Both the position numbers and the translations under genes were made by a program. The notes below the pieces were generated by a model. The model saw nothing but the letters and a program-made list of their open reading frames with translations. It made no database searches and was not told where the DNA came from. A DNA stretch of 64,000 nucleotides, from the NCBI RefSeq assembly GCF_018977255.1, contig NW_024704743.1:79486001-79550000 (forward strand). Direction: 5' to 3'. Below are positions 11,706 through 25,024 of the stretch, one piece after another; the first letter of the stretch is position 1, and each line of letters starts with the position of its first letter. This DNA comes from Callorhinchus milii (Eukaryota).

Positions 11706-13436
11706 CTGTACTTACCTCAATTTCTTCCCCATTGGAATCCAATAACTTTTTGATGTCTCTGCAGCATAGTCCCCAATCAACATATTTGATGTTACAGCTG
11801 CCTACAGGTTTTGGTCTCCCAACATTTCTTCAAGTACTTTTGTTTTCTCATATGCATCTTTGAGAACTATTTTAGTTCCTCAACCTGTTTGCACTCAGAA
11901 CAGATATATTGTGGACTGATCGAATTTGCCCTCCTCTTCTCTTTGACATAACCCTGAATGTGTACTTTCATTCCACACAGTGAAGTCTTTCCTTATTCTC
12001 AAAGTTTGGAAATTGAAAACTTCTAAGTTAGTTTTTTTTCAATGTCTTTTATTTTAACTCAGTGTTAGGCTGCTTTTTTCTCCTCTGCTTTGTTATTTAA
12101 TTAAGTTATCTTCAGCACTCCGAGAAGCTGCCCCGTGTGAAGGGGAAGGCTATAGAAATGCAAGTTGTTATTGTAGTTGTAATTCTTGCTAATATGTTAA
12201 TTTCTCTCTCCAATGCAGTACTGGGGAAGCAGTGTGTGGTCAAAGGTACTGTTCTTTGGATGAGTGCTAAACTGATGTCCTGTCTACCTGTTCAGGTTAA
12301 AGATCCCATGATACTATTCAAAAAGTGTAAAGGCGTTTCTTCTGTTATCCTGACCAACAATCTCCCAAATAAAATTGGTCATTCACTTCATGGCTATTAG
12401 TGGGACACTACCATGTGCAAATTAGCTACCGCATTCACCTACAAATCCATTCAGAGCTATTTAGCACATTACCCAGGTATTTTGCCTGTATCAAATGTAA
12501 GGATTATTATTTTATTTCTACCTATTTCCCAGAGCTAAGTTACCACAGCTTCTCTCACCAGCATGGGAAACAATGGGAAAAAATATTCTCTTCAATGTAC
12601 ATTCCCTGATACAAAGCATCATCCTGGTAAATCTGTAGTTAAGGACCATGATTAGTGCAGGAAATGGGACCATCATAGACACAATAGGCTTACTGTTAAA
12701 TTGTGGTGATGAAATATGATGTTAGTTGATCTATTTTCTGAAGTATCATAAAGCCAGGAAGATTGAGACCTGTTTGTAACGGAAGTTAAACATAACATAT
12801 TTGTAAAGACAGCTAAACAACATATATCATTAGAGGAAAGTATATTTGGAATTAAACTGGGGACCATCACCCAATCCCATTATCGGATGAGACTTTAAAC
12901 AGCTCAGAGGATGATTTTTGAAGCTTTTTCAGTGCAGTTGGGAGGCATTTGCTGGTGCCTCTGTTCCCCCTAAATTGCCGTTGTTTGTTTCCTGATTTTT
13001 TAAAGTTCCTTTTCATTTTATGTCTCCAAAACTGATATTATGCTATCTTCAAATTTGATTTAAGCAAACAAAACTATTTGAAACCCTTTTCCTTAATCTT
13101 TAGTGAAGTTGAGCAGTGTTTCACAAATGATGGATTGTATGCAGGGGAGCCAGGCCTTCGAAACTAAACACCATCCTATACCTTTTTTTTTATTAATGTC
13201 CCATAGCAAGACATTTGTGGCTATGGACCTTGCCTTGTCTTGTTAGCTCTCTGACATGTATGTAAATAAATCTGCCTGTTTTGGCGTCATGAAGGAACGA
13301 TCAGGTCCTAGGGTTCTTTATTTCACAAAAGCTTTATTGATTCATAAGAAATAACAAACAATACTGTTTCCCTTAACCTAAACCACATTGTTTGTCTTCA
13401 TAGTTTGGGTTTTATTTAATGCTTTTTCATTTGCAG

Positions 13437-13647
13437 TCTCCTCTTATGTGGAACAGAGAGCAATGGGCAAGAGACATTTTCAATCACTGTAGATTTAGCT
13501 GAAAGTAAACTGGCTGAAATTTTATTGAATCAAATTGTTCATTCCCACAAGACCATTGTGGAGGTCATGGAAGTGCTCTTTTCTCCAGTCAGAGACAACC
13601 ACAAGCTACAAAGGAAAGTTAATAACAACATGTCAGATGCACATTAA
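13437..13647 (+). CDS. Candidate internal/terminal exon (LLLCGTESNGQETFSITVDLAESKLAEILLNQIVHSHKTIVEVMEVLFSPVRDNHKLQRKVNNNMSDAH*)
   Basis: Strong acceptor tttaatgctttttcatttgcAG at 13436. Only the phase-2 frame stays open (69 codons), which matches the phase of exon 4599-4732. No homology recognised. Confidence 0.2.
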
Positions 13648-14009
13648 CCTTGGCTTTAGTATTCAAGTACATCAACACACACTTTGACAATATAATGCTC
13701 CCCACTGCACTGTAGTGTCAGCCTAGATCATGAGCTCATATTCCAATCAGGGGGTTTGAAACATAATGCAGAGTCAAGAATGCTAAGGACTGACCCAGCT
13801 GACAATTAAATACTATAACAATAGCCCTCAATGCTTCCTCGCCACCTCCTTCATCGTGACCCAATACGACACACGCCATCTCGTCAGAGAATATACATGC
13901 ATACATATTTCTATACCACTAGAGAATTTGTTTTTGCAGATACAACCGCATAATCGATGTTCATCCCCAGAGCTCACCATTTGATGGACACATATATTAG
14001 AAGACCAGA

Positions 14010-14635
14010 AGCGGGATAAGAATGAAAAGGCCCTTCAGCCTATTTGACAATATTTTCTCCAATACCAATCCTACCATCTTTCCATGACAATATCAGCCTC
14101 TCCATTCCAGCTATTGATTACACCCTGTGCAAGAAAATATTTCCTCGTATCTGTCCTGAACTTGACCTTCACACCCTGAATTGTACCCACTTATCCTGCT
14201 GCTTTGATGTATCTCAAAATATATGGTTTACCTTCTCTGATACCATTGTATATCTTTATATAAAATCCCCTCTGAGAGGCCTTTTTCCAAGTCTGAAGAG
14301 CCTTAAGCAATCTATTTATTCCTTATAACTCATCCCTCTAACACTGGAGATTATCCTCATCTCTCCGCTGCCTCTGTAAAGTCTACGCACCTCACTTATG
14401 TCACAGTGACCTGAACCATATGCAGTGCTTCAGAAACAGTTCGACCAGAGCATTGTATTACTTGAATTTGAATTCAACTGATTTGTTAATGTTGCCCACA
14501 TCCTGCTGGCCATGTTTATGCTAGCTTACTCACACTGATTTGACACGGAGAAAGATGCCTAGATCTCTTTAAACATCTCTCTTAGCAAGTGCAAGCCCAT
14601 CCATCGAGTACATGTGCCTCTTATTTTTACTTCTT
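14010..14635 (-). mobile_element. Old degraded CR1 3' region
   Basis: aaggcccttcagccta tail motif and decayed RT C-terminal motifs on the reverse strand. Similar relics at ~46200-46390, 56260-56480 and 56940-57210. Confidence 0.55.
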
Positions 14636-15333
14636 CAATTGAAACAATCGCCAAAAGCCCAATTTACGTGAAAAAGTCAATTGCCAATGTCACTCCCTAA
14701 AACTGGGGGATCAAATGCATTATCTAGTATAGCCATTCTGTGTCTCCTCTTATCCAGTCTAAGTTACATAGGGTATTAACCAAACACTGGAGACAGAGAG
14801 CCTGCATATATTTCAGCAGCATCAGATTAGAATGCAGGGAATATTGTCAAAGTTAATCTTACTTTGCTGTGCTTTAGGTCTCTCAAACTGTCAATAGCAA
14901 GGTTCATATGAGATGAAGTAATTAATTAACCATTTGGGGAAAGATCTATAGACTCTGTTTTTTCTAGCCAATTTTCTGCCCCTCCCTCCCTTTACCTGGA
15001 GGCCCTTGAGACTTGAAATTCCACCTAGCCTTAGGCTGTGAGACTATTTCATCCTAAAATTGCTACGAATGGTAGGATATTTTAAAATTCAAACTTAATT
15101 TAGATTTTAAGAACTCCATAGATTGGCTTCTAAATTAAGAGCAAATTTAAGAAGTTTCCATAATTCTGCTTGACTTCAAATTTTGAGACAAAATCTTCTT
15201 ACAGGCTTTGACTAGGTGAAATCTTAGTAAATTGATTATTTTTTCCCTTCTGCAGAGGTACTGTTTCAAAGGCACCAGTTACTCTCCAGTACCTCTACAA
15301 GTGATCATTATTCTTGTGTGTGGCTTGATATAT

Positions 15334-15718
15334 ATTGTATATCTTTATATAAAATCCCCTCTGAGAGGCCTTTTTCCAAGTCTGAAGAGCCTTAAGCAAT
15401 CTATTTATTCCTTATAACTCATCCCTCTAACACTGGAGATTATCCTCATCTCTCCGCTGCCTCTGTAAAGTCTACGCACCTCACTTATGTCACAGTGACC
15501 TGAACCATATGCAGTGCTTCAGAAACAGTTCGACCAGAGCATTGTATTATTTGAATTCAACTGATTTGTTAATGTTGCCCACATCCTGCTGGCCATGTTT
15601 ATGCTAGCTTACTCACACTGATTTGACACGGAGAAAGATGCCTAGATCTCTTTAAACATCTCTCTTAGCAAGTGCAAGCCCATCCATCGAGTACATGTGC
15701 CTCTTATTTTTACTTCTT
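15334..15718 (+). repeat. Direct duplicate of 14245-14635
   Basis: Essentially identical apart from one 6-bp indel. Confidence 0.95.
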
Positions 15719-18047
15719 TAACCGATGCCTTGGAGTCCTCTGAACTCCTCTCCCTCTGGCCTTCAACCCTCACTGACCCCTCTTCTCCTCTCTCCCTCCT
15801 CCACAATACCCTCTCCTCCACACTCGATACTCTTGCCCCCATCACTTCCCGCACTGTCTCCTACTCCCGCTCCTCCCCCTGGTACACCACCCACCTCCGC
15901 TCACTGAAAAGCCAGGTGCGGGCTGCTGAACGCACCTGTGTCAAATCTGGCCTAACGGTCCACCGACAAATCTGGCTGGACCTCCTCAAAATTTACCGCT
16001 CCACTCTAGCCTCGGCCAAGTCGTCCTTCTACTCCAGGATAATCCTGGAGGCGAAGAACAACCCCAGGCTACTGTTTTCCACCACAACCCGACTCCTCCG
16101 TCCCCCCCGCCACCCCGCGCAGGTCATCTCCTCCAACCTTCACTGCGAGGAGATGCTGGATTTCCTTGAATCCAAGATCAAGGGAATCCGCTCCGCGGTC
16201 ACTTCCCCTCCAACTTCCACCCACCACCCACCCCTTCCCTCCCACACTCCGACTCCTACCCATCCTCCCCTACACACCTTCGTACCCGTTTCCCCACCCT
16301 CTGTCACTGAACTCATCCTATCCCTAAAACCAACCACCTGCTCCCTTGACCCCATCCCCACTCCACTCCTTATCTCCCAGCTCCACTTTCTTGCCCCACA
16401 CATCACTGACATCATCAACCTGTCCCTCTCCTCTGGCTCTGTCCCCATTCCATTAAAAACTGCCATCATCACGCCCACCCTGAAAAAACCCTCCCTTGAT
16501 GCGTCGCAGCTATCAAGCTACCGGCCCATCTCCAACCTCCCCTTTCTCTCCAAGGTCTTGGAAAGAGTTGTCGCCTCCCAACTGCGCTCTTTCCTTTCCA
16601 CCCATTCTCTTTTTGAACCCCTTCAGTCAGGTTTCCGTGCTGCCCATAGCACAGAAACTGCCCTGGTCAAGGTCACCAATGATATCCTGACCATCTGTGA
16701 CCAGGGCTCCCTCTGTCTCCTCGTCCTCCTCGACCTATCGGCAGCATTCGATACGGTCGACCACGCTATCCTACTCCACCGCTTGTCCTCCCACCTCAAC
16801 CTTCAAGGCACTGTCCTTGAATGGTTTAGGTCGTACCTTTCTCACCGTCTTCACTTTGTCTCAACGAATGGCTTCTCCTCCACCCCCCGCACTGTCTCAT
16901 GTGGTGTCCCTCAGGGCTCTGTCCTCGGTCCCCTCCTCTTCACCCTCTATATGCTCCCCCTCGGTGACATCATCCGCAGACATGGAGTTAACTTCCACAT
17001 GTATGCGGATGACACCCAACTCTACCTTTCCTCCTCTACTCTCAACTCCACGACCACCGATGTCCTGACAGCCTGCCTGTCCGACATCGAGTCCTGGACG
17101 AGAGACAACTTTCTTCAGCTCAACGTGCGAAAAACCGAGGCCCTCCTGATTGGCTCACGTCAGCGCCTCCGCACCTCAGGCGCTGACACCATCAGCATCC
17201 AAGGCTGCACTCTCCACCTCTCAAAGCCAGTCAGGAACCTCGGCGTTTTGTTCGACCCTGAGCTGTCCTTTCTCCCTCACATCCGCACTACAACTGGCAC
17301 CGCCTTCCATCACCTCCGGAACATCGCCAGACTACGGCACTACCTCACCCCTCACGCTGCTGAAACCCTGGTCCACGCCTTTGTCACCTCAAGGCTGGAC
17401 TATGGGAACTCTCTCCTCGCCGGCCTTCCCGCCACCTCCCTCCACAAGCTGCAGGTCATTCAGAACTCTGCAGCTCGTGTACTGTCCCGCACCAGGCTTC
17501 GGGACCACATCACTCCCACCCTCGCTCGCCTCCACTGGCTCCCCATCCCCCAGAGGATTGATTTCAAGATCCTCATCCTCACCTACAAGGCCATTCACGG
17601 CCTTGCTCCCTCCTACCTCTCCAACCTACTATCCCCCTACCTACCTGCCCGTACCCTCCGTTCCTCTGGCTCTGGTCTGCTCCACGTCCCCCGCCCCAAC
17701 CGCCCTACCATCGGTGGTCGGGCCTTCAGCCTCTCAGCCCCCAGGCTCTGGAACTCCATCCCCCAGTGCCTTCGCCTTGCTTCCTCCCTTTCCTCCTTCA
17801 AGGCCGGTCTCAAAACCTTTCTCTTTGACCGTGCCTTCAGCTCCCCTCTCGACTCTCTTCCCCCTCCTCGCTCCCTCCCTTCCCTCCCCTCACCCTGACC
17901 ATTTCCCCCCTCCTCGCTCCCTCCCTTCCCTCACCCTGACCATTTCCCCCCTGCTCGGGTCATGACCCAACTGTGCAGCGCCTTGGGACGTCCTCCTGAC
18001 GTGAAAGGCGCTTTATAAATGGAATCTTGTTGTTGTTGTTGTTGTTG
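15719..18047 (+). mobile_element. Young 5'-truncated L2-clade LINE with intact partial ORF2 (RT domain), 3' stem-loop and (TTG)n tail
   Basis: Open frame to 17898 containing [53 protein letters not shown] and LHWLP..RI.FK. No endonuclease domain. Tail agcgcctt-gggacgtc...gacgt-gaaaggcgct...ttgttgttg. Confidence 0.95.
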
Positions 18048-20319
18048 ATAGCAAGTGTAGACAAGTTACATTGACCACACTGACAGACGGGTACCAGCAC
18101 AGTCAGGTTTAATTGTGCCATCACTTCTGAAACATCATGCATGTTTCCATCAGGAGTCACTGAATTGTGATCAGGAGCAGAGACCCCAACTTATCTGTTC
18201 AACAATAACAACAATTTTACATTTATATAGTGTCTTTCATGTTGGGAGGACATTCTCAAAGTGCTTCATAGATTTTCCAGAAGAAAATAATAATATGTTT
18301 CTCTCCTTTTCTTCTGTATTCTGTAATATTGAAATATATGATGAGAATATTGTAGTTAACCTTACTGGCACTTCACAAAGAGCAAATACCTTTTAGTAAA
18401 CAACAATGTGGTGTCTATACAACAAGTGTTGGGTAGGACTCCAGAAATATTTGGATTCGACTATCTCAACATCTGGAATCAGCATTATCTACTTCAATCC
18501 TCAAGGTCACTTTCCCCTCTCCTCCTCACCCTTCTGATCTTCAGGAAGAAACAAACAAGCTGTGAAGGAAACTGAATGTTTTGAAAGGAATGACCTGAAA
18601 ACAAGAAGTAATTCTGCTACATGCTGTTGTTATTTGGGTCTGTTAAACTGCCAAGTTAATACAGAAAAAGGAGTGAAACATATGCCCTTACATCTAAAAG
18701 TTTTGTTATGACTTCAAGGATGGGTCTTGCAAGCACAAGTGGGCATTAGTCAACTTTGATCAAATGTTTCTGAAGTTGGCACAAAATCAGCAAATATTAG
18801 AAAGACATAGAAAGTCAATTAGAAATGAGAAGGATACTGACAGATGTGACCTTTCCTCTGCCCTGGCCTGATTCAGCCGGAGACGCCCTTTTATAGGACT
18901 GAAGTTGGCTTTGGACTTGACTCTCAAGAGAGTCATGAAACATCATTTGGTGGATGCGTTTGTACCGTGTTGAAGAGATTTTGCTGCTTAAAGTAATATT
19001 TATTATTTATTGCTTGTTGAGTGTTTTTGGAGTTTTTTTTCTTGTTAATTGTTTCCAGATTTTCCTTTTATGAAATCAAATGAGCTGGGTTAGACTAACT
19101 CAACTGAATTTCTCTGTCAGGCATTTGGCTATTTAGATCAAAATTAATTGGTAAACCAGCAAAATTAACAATAAGATGCAATCTCTGTCTCAACAGTCCA
19201 ATATTGCTCGTCGTTCAGTAAAGCTGAGGCACAAATTATTTTAAAATAGTCCTTCAGGCAATGAGTTCATTACTTCAGTCAGAGGGAAGCATATCAGTGA
19301 GATGGAGGGAGCAACTGGGATATCGAAGTGGTCAGTGCCTGAAGTGAGAAGGTGTTGACCTGAACTGAGCAGGACAAGCTGCTTTGTTGACATTGAATTG
19401 GATAACATTAAGGAGAAGGTTACAACAACAACAACTTGCACTTATGTAGCCCCTCCACGCAGGATTGTGTCTCAGAGCATCTCAAAGCGGTAGCTGCTCA
19501 TAGGTTAACGTTTATCCAACAACAACAAATTACATTTGTATAGCGGCTTTCACGTCAGGAAGACATCCCAAGGCATCAAATCCAAGATTTGATATCTGGC
19601 TAACTGTCTCTTAGATCAGCATTGGTGCTGGACTCTATAGTACAGGCAGAAAGGTATGGTTTGGCATCATTTGCGTACATATGAAAGTGGACCCCATACC
19701 TACAGATGATGTCACCAAGTGGGAGCATGTAGATGAGGAAGAGGAATAGACCAACGATAGACCGTACGCAATAAACAATTGAAGAATAGGTGGAGTTAGT
19801 TATTTATTGTTTTCACCATCTCTGCATGTAAGTAGTTTGATTTGTTGTAAATTACGATTGTGCAGAGATAGTTATTTGTCAGGTATATGAATTGTATATC
19901 AAACAATGAGGTTCATTAATTCAATACCTGTGCATTTATTTCATCCTCACCAGGCTTCACTGTCTCTCAGTGTTACAGCAAATCAATTTCAAAATCCTCA
20001 GCTTGACCTTCAAATCTCTTGCTCTTCCTCTTGCTCTGCCCAGAAGTCTCCTCCAGTTTCTTCCCTTGTCCATATTCTCCACTATTCCACCTTTGACGTA
20101 TGCTGGTTCCTTATCTCTTCCTCCCCACCATCAGTGGCCAAGTTTTCAGCTAATCTCTGCCTTAAAAACCTTCTTATAAACTTTGATTGTGTCTTTAATT
20201 GGTTAAAATTCTCAGAAACCCACTTTTCCACACAACTCAGTGATGATCCACATCATCTTTTAAAGCACTTCAAAATGATATTCTATGTGAATGTTGCTAT
20301 ATAAGTTCAACTGTTGATA

Positions 20320-21098
20320 ACAACAACAACAAAATTACATTTGTATAGAGCCTTTCACAAAGGGAGGACATCCTAAGGCGCTGGACAGACAGAGTTACGC
20401 AACCAAGCTGGGGGTCGGGGTGGGGGAGGGTGGAGGGTGAGGGGGAAGCAGGGAGATTGAAAGCAAGTAGAAGAGGAAGGTTTGGAGATGGATCGTGAAG
20501 GTGGCGAGACGGAGGGACTGTGGGATGGAGTTCCAGAGGGTGGGGGCAGAATGGTGGAAGGTCTGCCGACCAACAGTGGGGCGAGCAAGGCGGGGGATAT
20601 GAAGCAGGCCAGAGCCCACTGAGTGGAGGGAGTGGAGGGAGCGAACAGGATGGTAGGGGGTTAGGAGGTCAGAGAGGTTGGGGGGAGCAAGACCATGGTG
20701 GGCTTTGAAGGTGAGGACCAGGATCTTGAACTGTGTGATGGGAAGCCAATGGAAGCCAAGGATGGGGGTGTTAGGGTCACGGAGCCTGGTGCGGGAGAGG
20801 ACTGAGGCTGCAGAGTTCTGGATGATCTGCAGCCTGTGGAGGGAGGAGTTGGGGAGGCTGATAAGCAATGAGTTTGCATAGTCGAGCCTTGATGTAATAA
20901 AAGCATGTATGAGGGTTTCGGCGGCCTGCAGTGTGAGACAGTGTCGGAGCCGGGCGATATTGTGGAGGTGGGGAAGGCAGAGAGGGTCAAGGCACAGATG
21001 TAGGGTAGAAAGGATAGTTGAGGGTCAAACAAGACCCCAAGGTTCTGGACTGGCTTAGTAAGATGGACTGTGCAACCATGGATGATGATGATGTCTGC
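20320..21098 (-). mobile_element. L2 LINE 3' portion
   Basis: Minus frames LHRLQIIQNSAA, FKILVLTFKA and [12 protein letters not shown]; tail caacaacaac. Confidence 0.9.
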
Positions 21099-22011
21099 AC
21101 ATGTAATACAAAGCCCTTCATAAGAACATAAGAACATAAGAATTGCTGGAAGAAAAAAGACCAGGGTCCATCTGGTTCGCCTTCCACCTTCCTGGCGGTC
21201 ACATGCACATATGTCTTCATCAATAACAAAAAGCACTGAATTCTCCTTAACCCATTTATGAATTGAATGAATGAGTCCAGTAGGTGCTATCATTAAACTT
21301 CTCGCTCACTGCCAAAGCTGGAGCACTTGACATACAGATTTAACCAGCCTGATAATGACTGAAAACTCCATGTCCAGAATGCCTCAAGCACAGCCGAAAA
21401 TTGTATTTTGTCTGACATACGTGCACCTGATTGACAGGTAAATTAATCCCTGCAATGATTAAGTAATTAATTGATATTGATTCATAACATTCCTTGTGAT
21501 AGTTCCCTGTGATAGGTGTCACAGGAATTTGTTATAAAACATCATCAATTTCACCGAATGTCAATTGCAGAGCAGCAAGATTAAGATGTAAACTAGGCAG
21601 TTTGAGAAAGCAGACTGGATTTGATTTTTTTTTACCTTTAGCTTCCAGTTGCAGAACAGTTCAGGTGGCAGATGGATATTGATCAGAATCCAAGTTGTGA
21701 GGACATTAAAGACATAAGGAAATGAAATTGGAGCTTTGCTTGTTCTTTTATCATAATCCTATGAAAGACCAACTACTGTTCAGAGATTTTTAAACTGCTA
21801 TAATAGGTTTTGTTTAAACCACAGAACCCTCCAGAAATCCTAATTTTACTCATTGGGATAAAAGGTGAAACTAGCACCTGTGAGCGAATGGATTCAAGGA
21901 TAAGGGAGAAACTGAACAAAAAGTGAGTAATCAGGTATATGCTCCCTCTAGAAAGAAACTTCCCAGACACAGGGAAATGTCCATGTGGAGGTAGTTTGGT
22001 TTGACTCTTAA

Positions 22012-22455
22012 CAATACAACAAATTTACATTTGTATATCACCTTTCACGTCGGGAAGACATCCCAAAGTGCTTGATACTCTTGGCCATGTCTTAGCCTGA
22101 GCTGGGGGTGGCAGCCAAAAGGGAAAGCATGACTGAAGGCATGGTCGAAGAAGAAGGTCTTGAAGTCAACCTTGAAAAAGATGAGGGAGAGGGAGAGTCG
22201 GAAGGACTCCGGAATGGAGTTCTAGATAGTGGGGGCAGGTAGGCTGAAAGCTCCACCGCCGATGGTGGGGTGCATAGAGCAGGGGATTTGAAGTAAGCCA
22301 GTGCCCGATGAGGGAAGAGAGCAGTCGAGTTGGTACAGATTAGGTTGGGGCAAGTCTATGGTGAAATTTGAAAATAAGGGTGAAGATTTTAATTTTGATC
22401 CACTTCGGGATGGGGAACCAGTGGAGCTGAGCAAGGATAGGAGTGATAGACTCAC
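22012..22455 (-). mobile_element. Older L2 LINE 3' fragment
   Basis: ITPILAQLHWFP and TIGGGAFS motifs; L2 tail. Confidence 0.8.
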
Positions 22456-22520
22456 TCAAGCATTGTAATAATAATAATAATAACAATAATAATAATAATA
22501 ATCCTTGCATTTGATGTAGC

Positions 22521-23685
22521 ACAACAACAACAATAAAATTACATTTATAGAGCGCCTTTCACGACGGGAAGATGTCCCAAAGCGCTGAACAGTCAGGTGT
22601 TGGGGTCTCAGCATGGGGGAGGGGTGGTGTAGGGGTGAGCGAAGGCAGAGAGGTGGGAGGACGACCAAAGGCACCATCGAAGAGAAGGGTCTTGAGACCG
22701 TCCTTGAAGGAGGCAAGGGAGAAAGCAAGACAAAGGGACCCTGGGATGGACTTCCAGAGTGCGGGAGCAGAGAGGCTGAAAGCCCGGCCACGTAGGGTAG
22801 GGCAGGTCAGGCGGGAGACATGGAACAGACCGGAGACCGCTGAACAGAGGGAGCGGGAAGGTTGGTAGAGAGTCAACAGGTCAGAGAGGTAGGAGGGGGC
22901 AAGGCCATGGATGGCCTTGGAAGCGAGGATGAGCATCTTGAACTCGATCCTCTGGGGGATGGGGAGCCAATGGAGTCAGGTGAGGTTGGGAGTGATGGGG
23001 TCACGGAGCCTGGTGCACGAGAGTACACGAGCTGCAGAGTTTTGGATGATCTGCAGCTTGTGAAGGGAAGAGTTGGGAAGGCTGATGAGGAGGAATTTCC
23101 GTAATCGAGCCTCGATGTGACGAATGCGTTGGGTAAGGGTTTCGGCAGCCTGAGGGATGAGGCAGTGACGGAGTCTGGCAATGTTGTGGAGGTGGTAGTA
23201 GGCAGTGCCAGTCATGGCAAGGATGTAGGGGAGAAAGGATAGTTCAGGGTCAAACAAGATACCTAGGTTCCTCACTGGCTTAGTGAGGTTGAGTGTGCAG
23301 CCATGGAGGCAGATGCTGTCAGCGCCCGAGATACAGAGGTGTTGGCACGAGTTAATCAGGAAGGCCTCGGTCTTGTTGACGTTGAGTTGGGGAAAGTTGT
23401 CCCTCGTCCAGGACTTGATGTCAGACAGGCAGTCGGTCAGAACGCCAATAGTGCTGGAGTTGAGGGTGGAGGCAGAGAGATAGAATTGGGTGTAATTTGC
23501 ATACATGTGGAAATTTACCCCATGTCTGCGAATTATGTCACCAAGGGAGAGCATGTAGAGGGTGAAGAGGAGGGGACCGAGAACAGAGCCCTGAGGAACG
23601 CCATACAAGACGGTGCGGGGGCTGGAGGAGAAGCCGTTTGCTGTGACGAAATGGAGGCGGTGTGAAAGGTAGCACCTGAATCAGT
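22521..23685 (-). mobile_element. L2 LINE, RT C-half to 3' tail
   Basis: [33 protein letters not shown]; frameshifted; tail at 22521. Confidence 0.92.
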
Positions 23686-23713
23686 CAAGGACAGAACCAG
23701 ATCACATTATAAT

Positions 23714-24034
23714 GATAATAATAATAATCCTTGCATTTGATATAGCGCTTTTCACGTCTTCTAGACGTCCCAAAGCGCTTCACAGAATATACTGTAAAGT
23801 GAATTGATTGTATATTTGTGGTCAAGACTGTATAATTGTGCAACCAATTGCGCACAACAGTGTCCCACAAAGAGCGTGGATTGAGTGACCGAATTATTAT
23901 TGTTTTTATTTCTTGAGGGATTATTATCAGTCGTGTGGAGTACGGAAAGTTGCCCAAGGTTTCACCCTGCCGGGAATCGAACCCAGGTCTCTCACTTGCA
24001 AAGCGAGTGCTCTAACCACTGAGCTACAGGACTC
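23714..24034 (-). mobile_element. tRNA-Ala-derived SINE, short form
   Basis: Full head to tail on the minus strand. Shares a diagnostic insertion with 34336-34660. Confidence 0.9.
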
Positions 24035-24081
24035 GCACTGAACATGGCGACGTATCATTATCTGCCATGAAATCTCAACAT

Positions 24082-24374
24082 TGTTGAGATGTCTCAAAGT
24101 GCTTCACAGAATATACTGTAAAGTGGAGTGACTGTGGGCAAAAACGTGGGCAAAAACGTGGCAGCCAATTGCATGCAGCAGTGTCCCATAAACAGTCGTG
24201 GATTGAGTGACCAAATTATTATTTTTTTTTAAAAGAGATTATTACCCCGGAAAGAGATCAATGAACAACCTGGTTCCTACTTACTGCTAGGTAAACAGAG
24301 GAGTGTGGAATAAGGAGTAAGGAAACTTGCTTGAGGTTTCGCCCTGCCCAGAAATCGAACCTGGGTCCTCTCGC
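24082..24374 (-). mobile_element. tRNA-Ala-derived SINE, long form, truncated at both ends
   Basis: CORE-like segment ggttcctacttactgctaggtaaacagag, with partial head and tail. Confidence 0.85.
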
Positions 24375-24375
24375 T

Positions 24376-24686
24376 TAATAATAATAATAATCCTTGCATT
24401 TGATATAGCGCTCTTCACGTCTTCTAGACGTCCCAAAGCGCTTCACAGAACACACTGTAAAGTGAATTGACTGTATATTTGTGGGTGAACGTGGCAGCCA
24501 ATTGCGCACAGCAATGTCCCACAAACAGTCGTAGATTGAAAATGACCAATTTATTATTGTTTTTGGAGGGATTATTATTAGGAGTGTGGAGTAAAGTAAC
24601 TTGCCCAAGGTTTCGCCCTGCCTGGAATTGAACTCAGGTCTCTCACTTGCAAAGCGAGTGCTCTAACCACTGAGCTACAGGACTCC
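24376..24686 (-). mobile_element. tRNA-Ala-derived SINE, short form
   Basis: Full head to tail on the minus strand. Confidence 0.9.
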
Positions 24687-25024
24687 ACGCTGCTAGAGAT
24701 GCATTTAGTCTCATCGCTCACTCTGTCTAGCCACGTTAAGAGGTCGCACTGAACATGGCGACGTATCATTATCTGCCATGAAATTGATGGCACACTCGGG
24801 TAATAGCACTCGGTCAGCGCTTTGAGGTGCAGCTGCTGTTGTCGATGGGTTTCTCCACATGTCAGACACATGGCTGACCAACTGCCTCCACCACCCCAAC
24901 CCCCAACCTCCAACCGCACTGTTGTAAGCCACTGCTGTAGGCCTGCTGTGCATTAGCTTAAGCAATAATTGTCAGGGGCAGTGTAACATACTGTAATATC
25001 ATACTGTAACAAACAAGATGATGA

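Noticed and set aside
15697..15718. Start of the 733-aa ORF as a genuine gene or a complete LINE
   Set aside because: The GTG lies in duplicated flank. The element is 5'-truncated and lacks the endonuclease and ORF1, so it is not autonomous.
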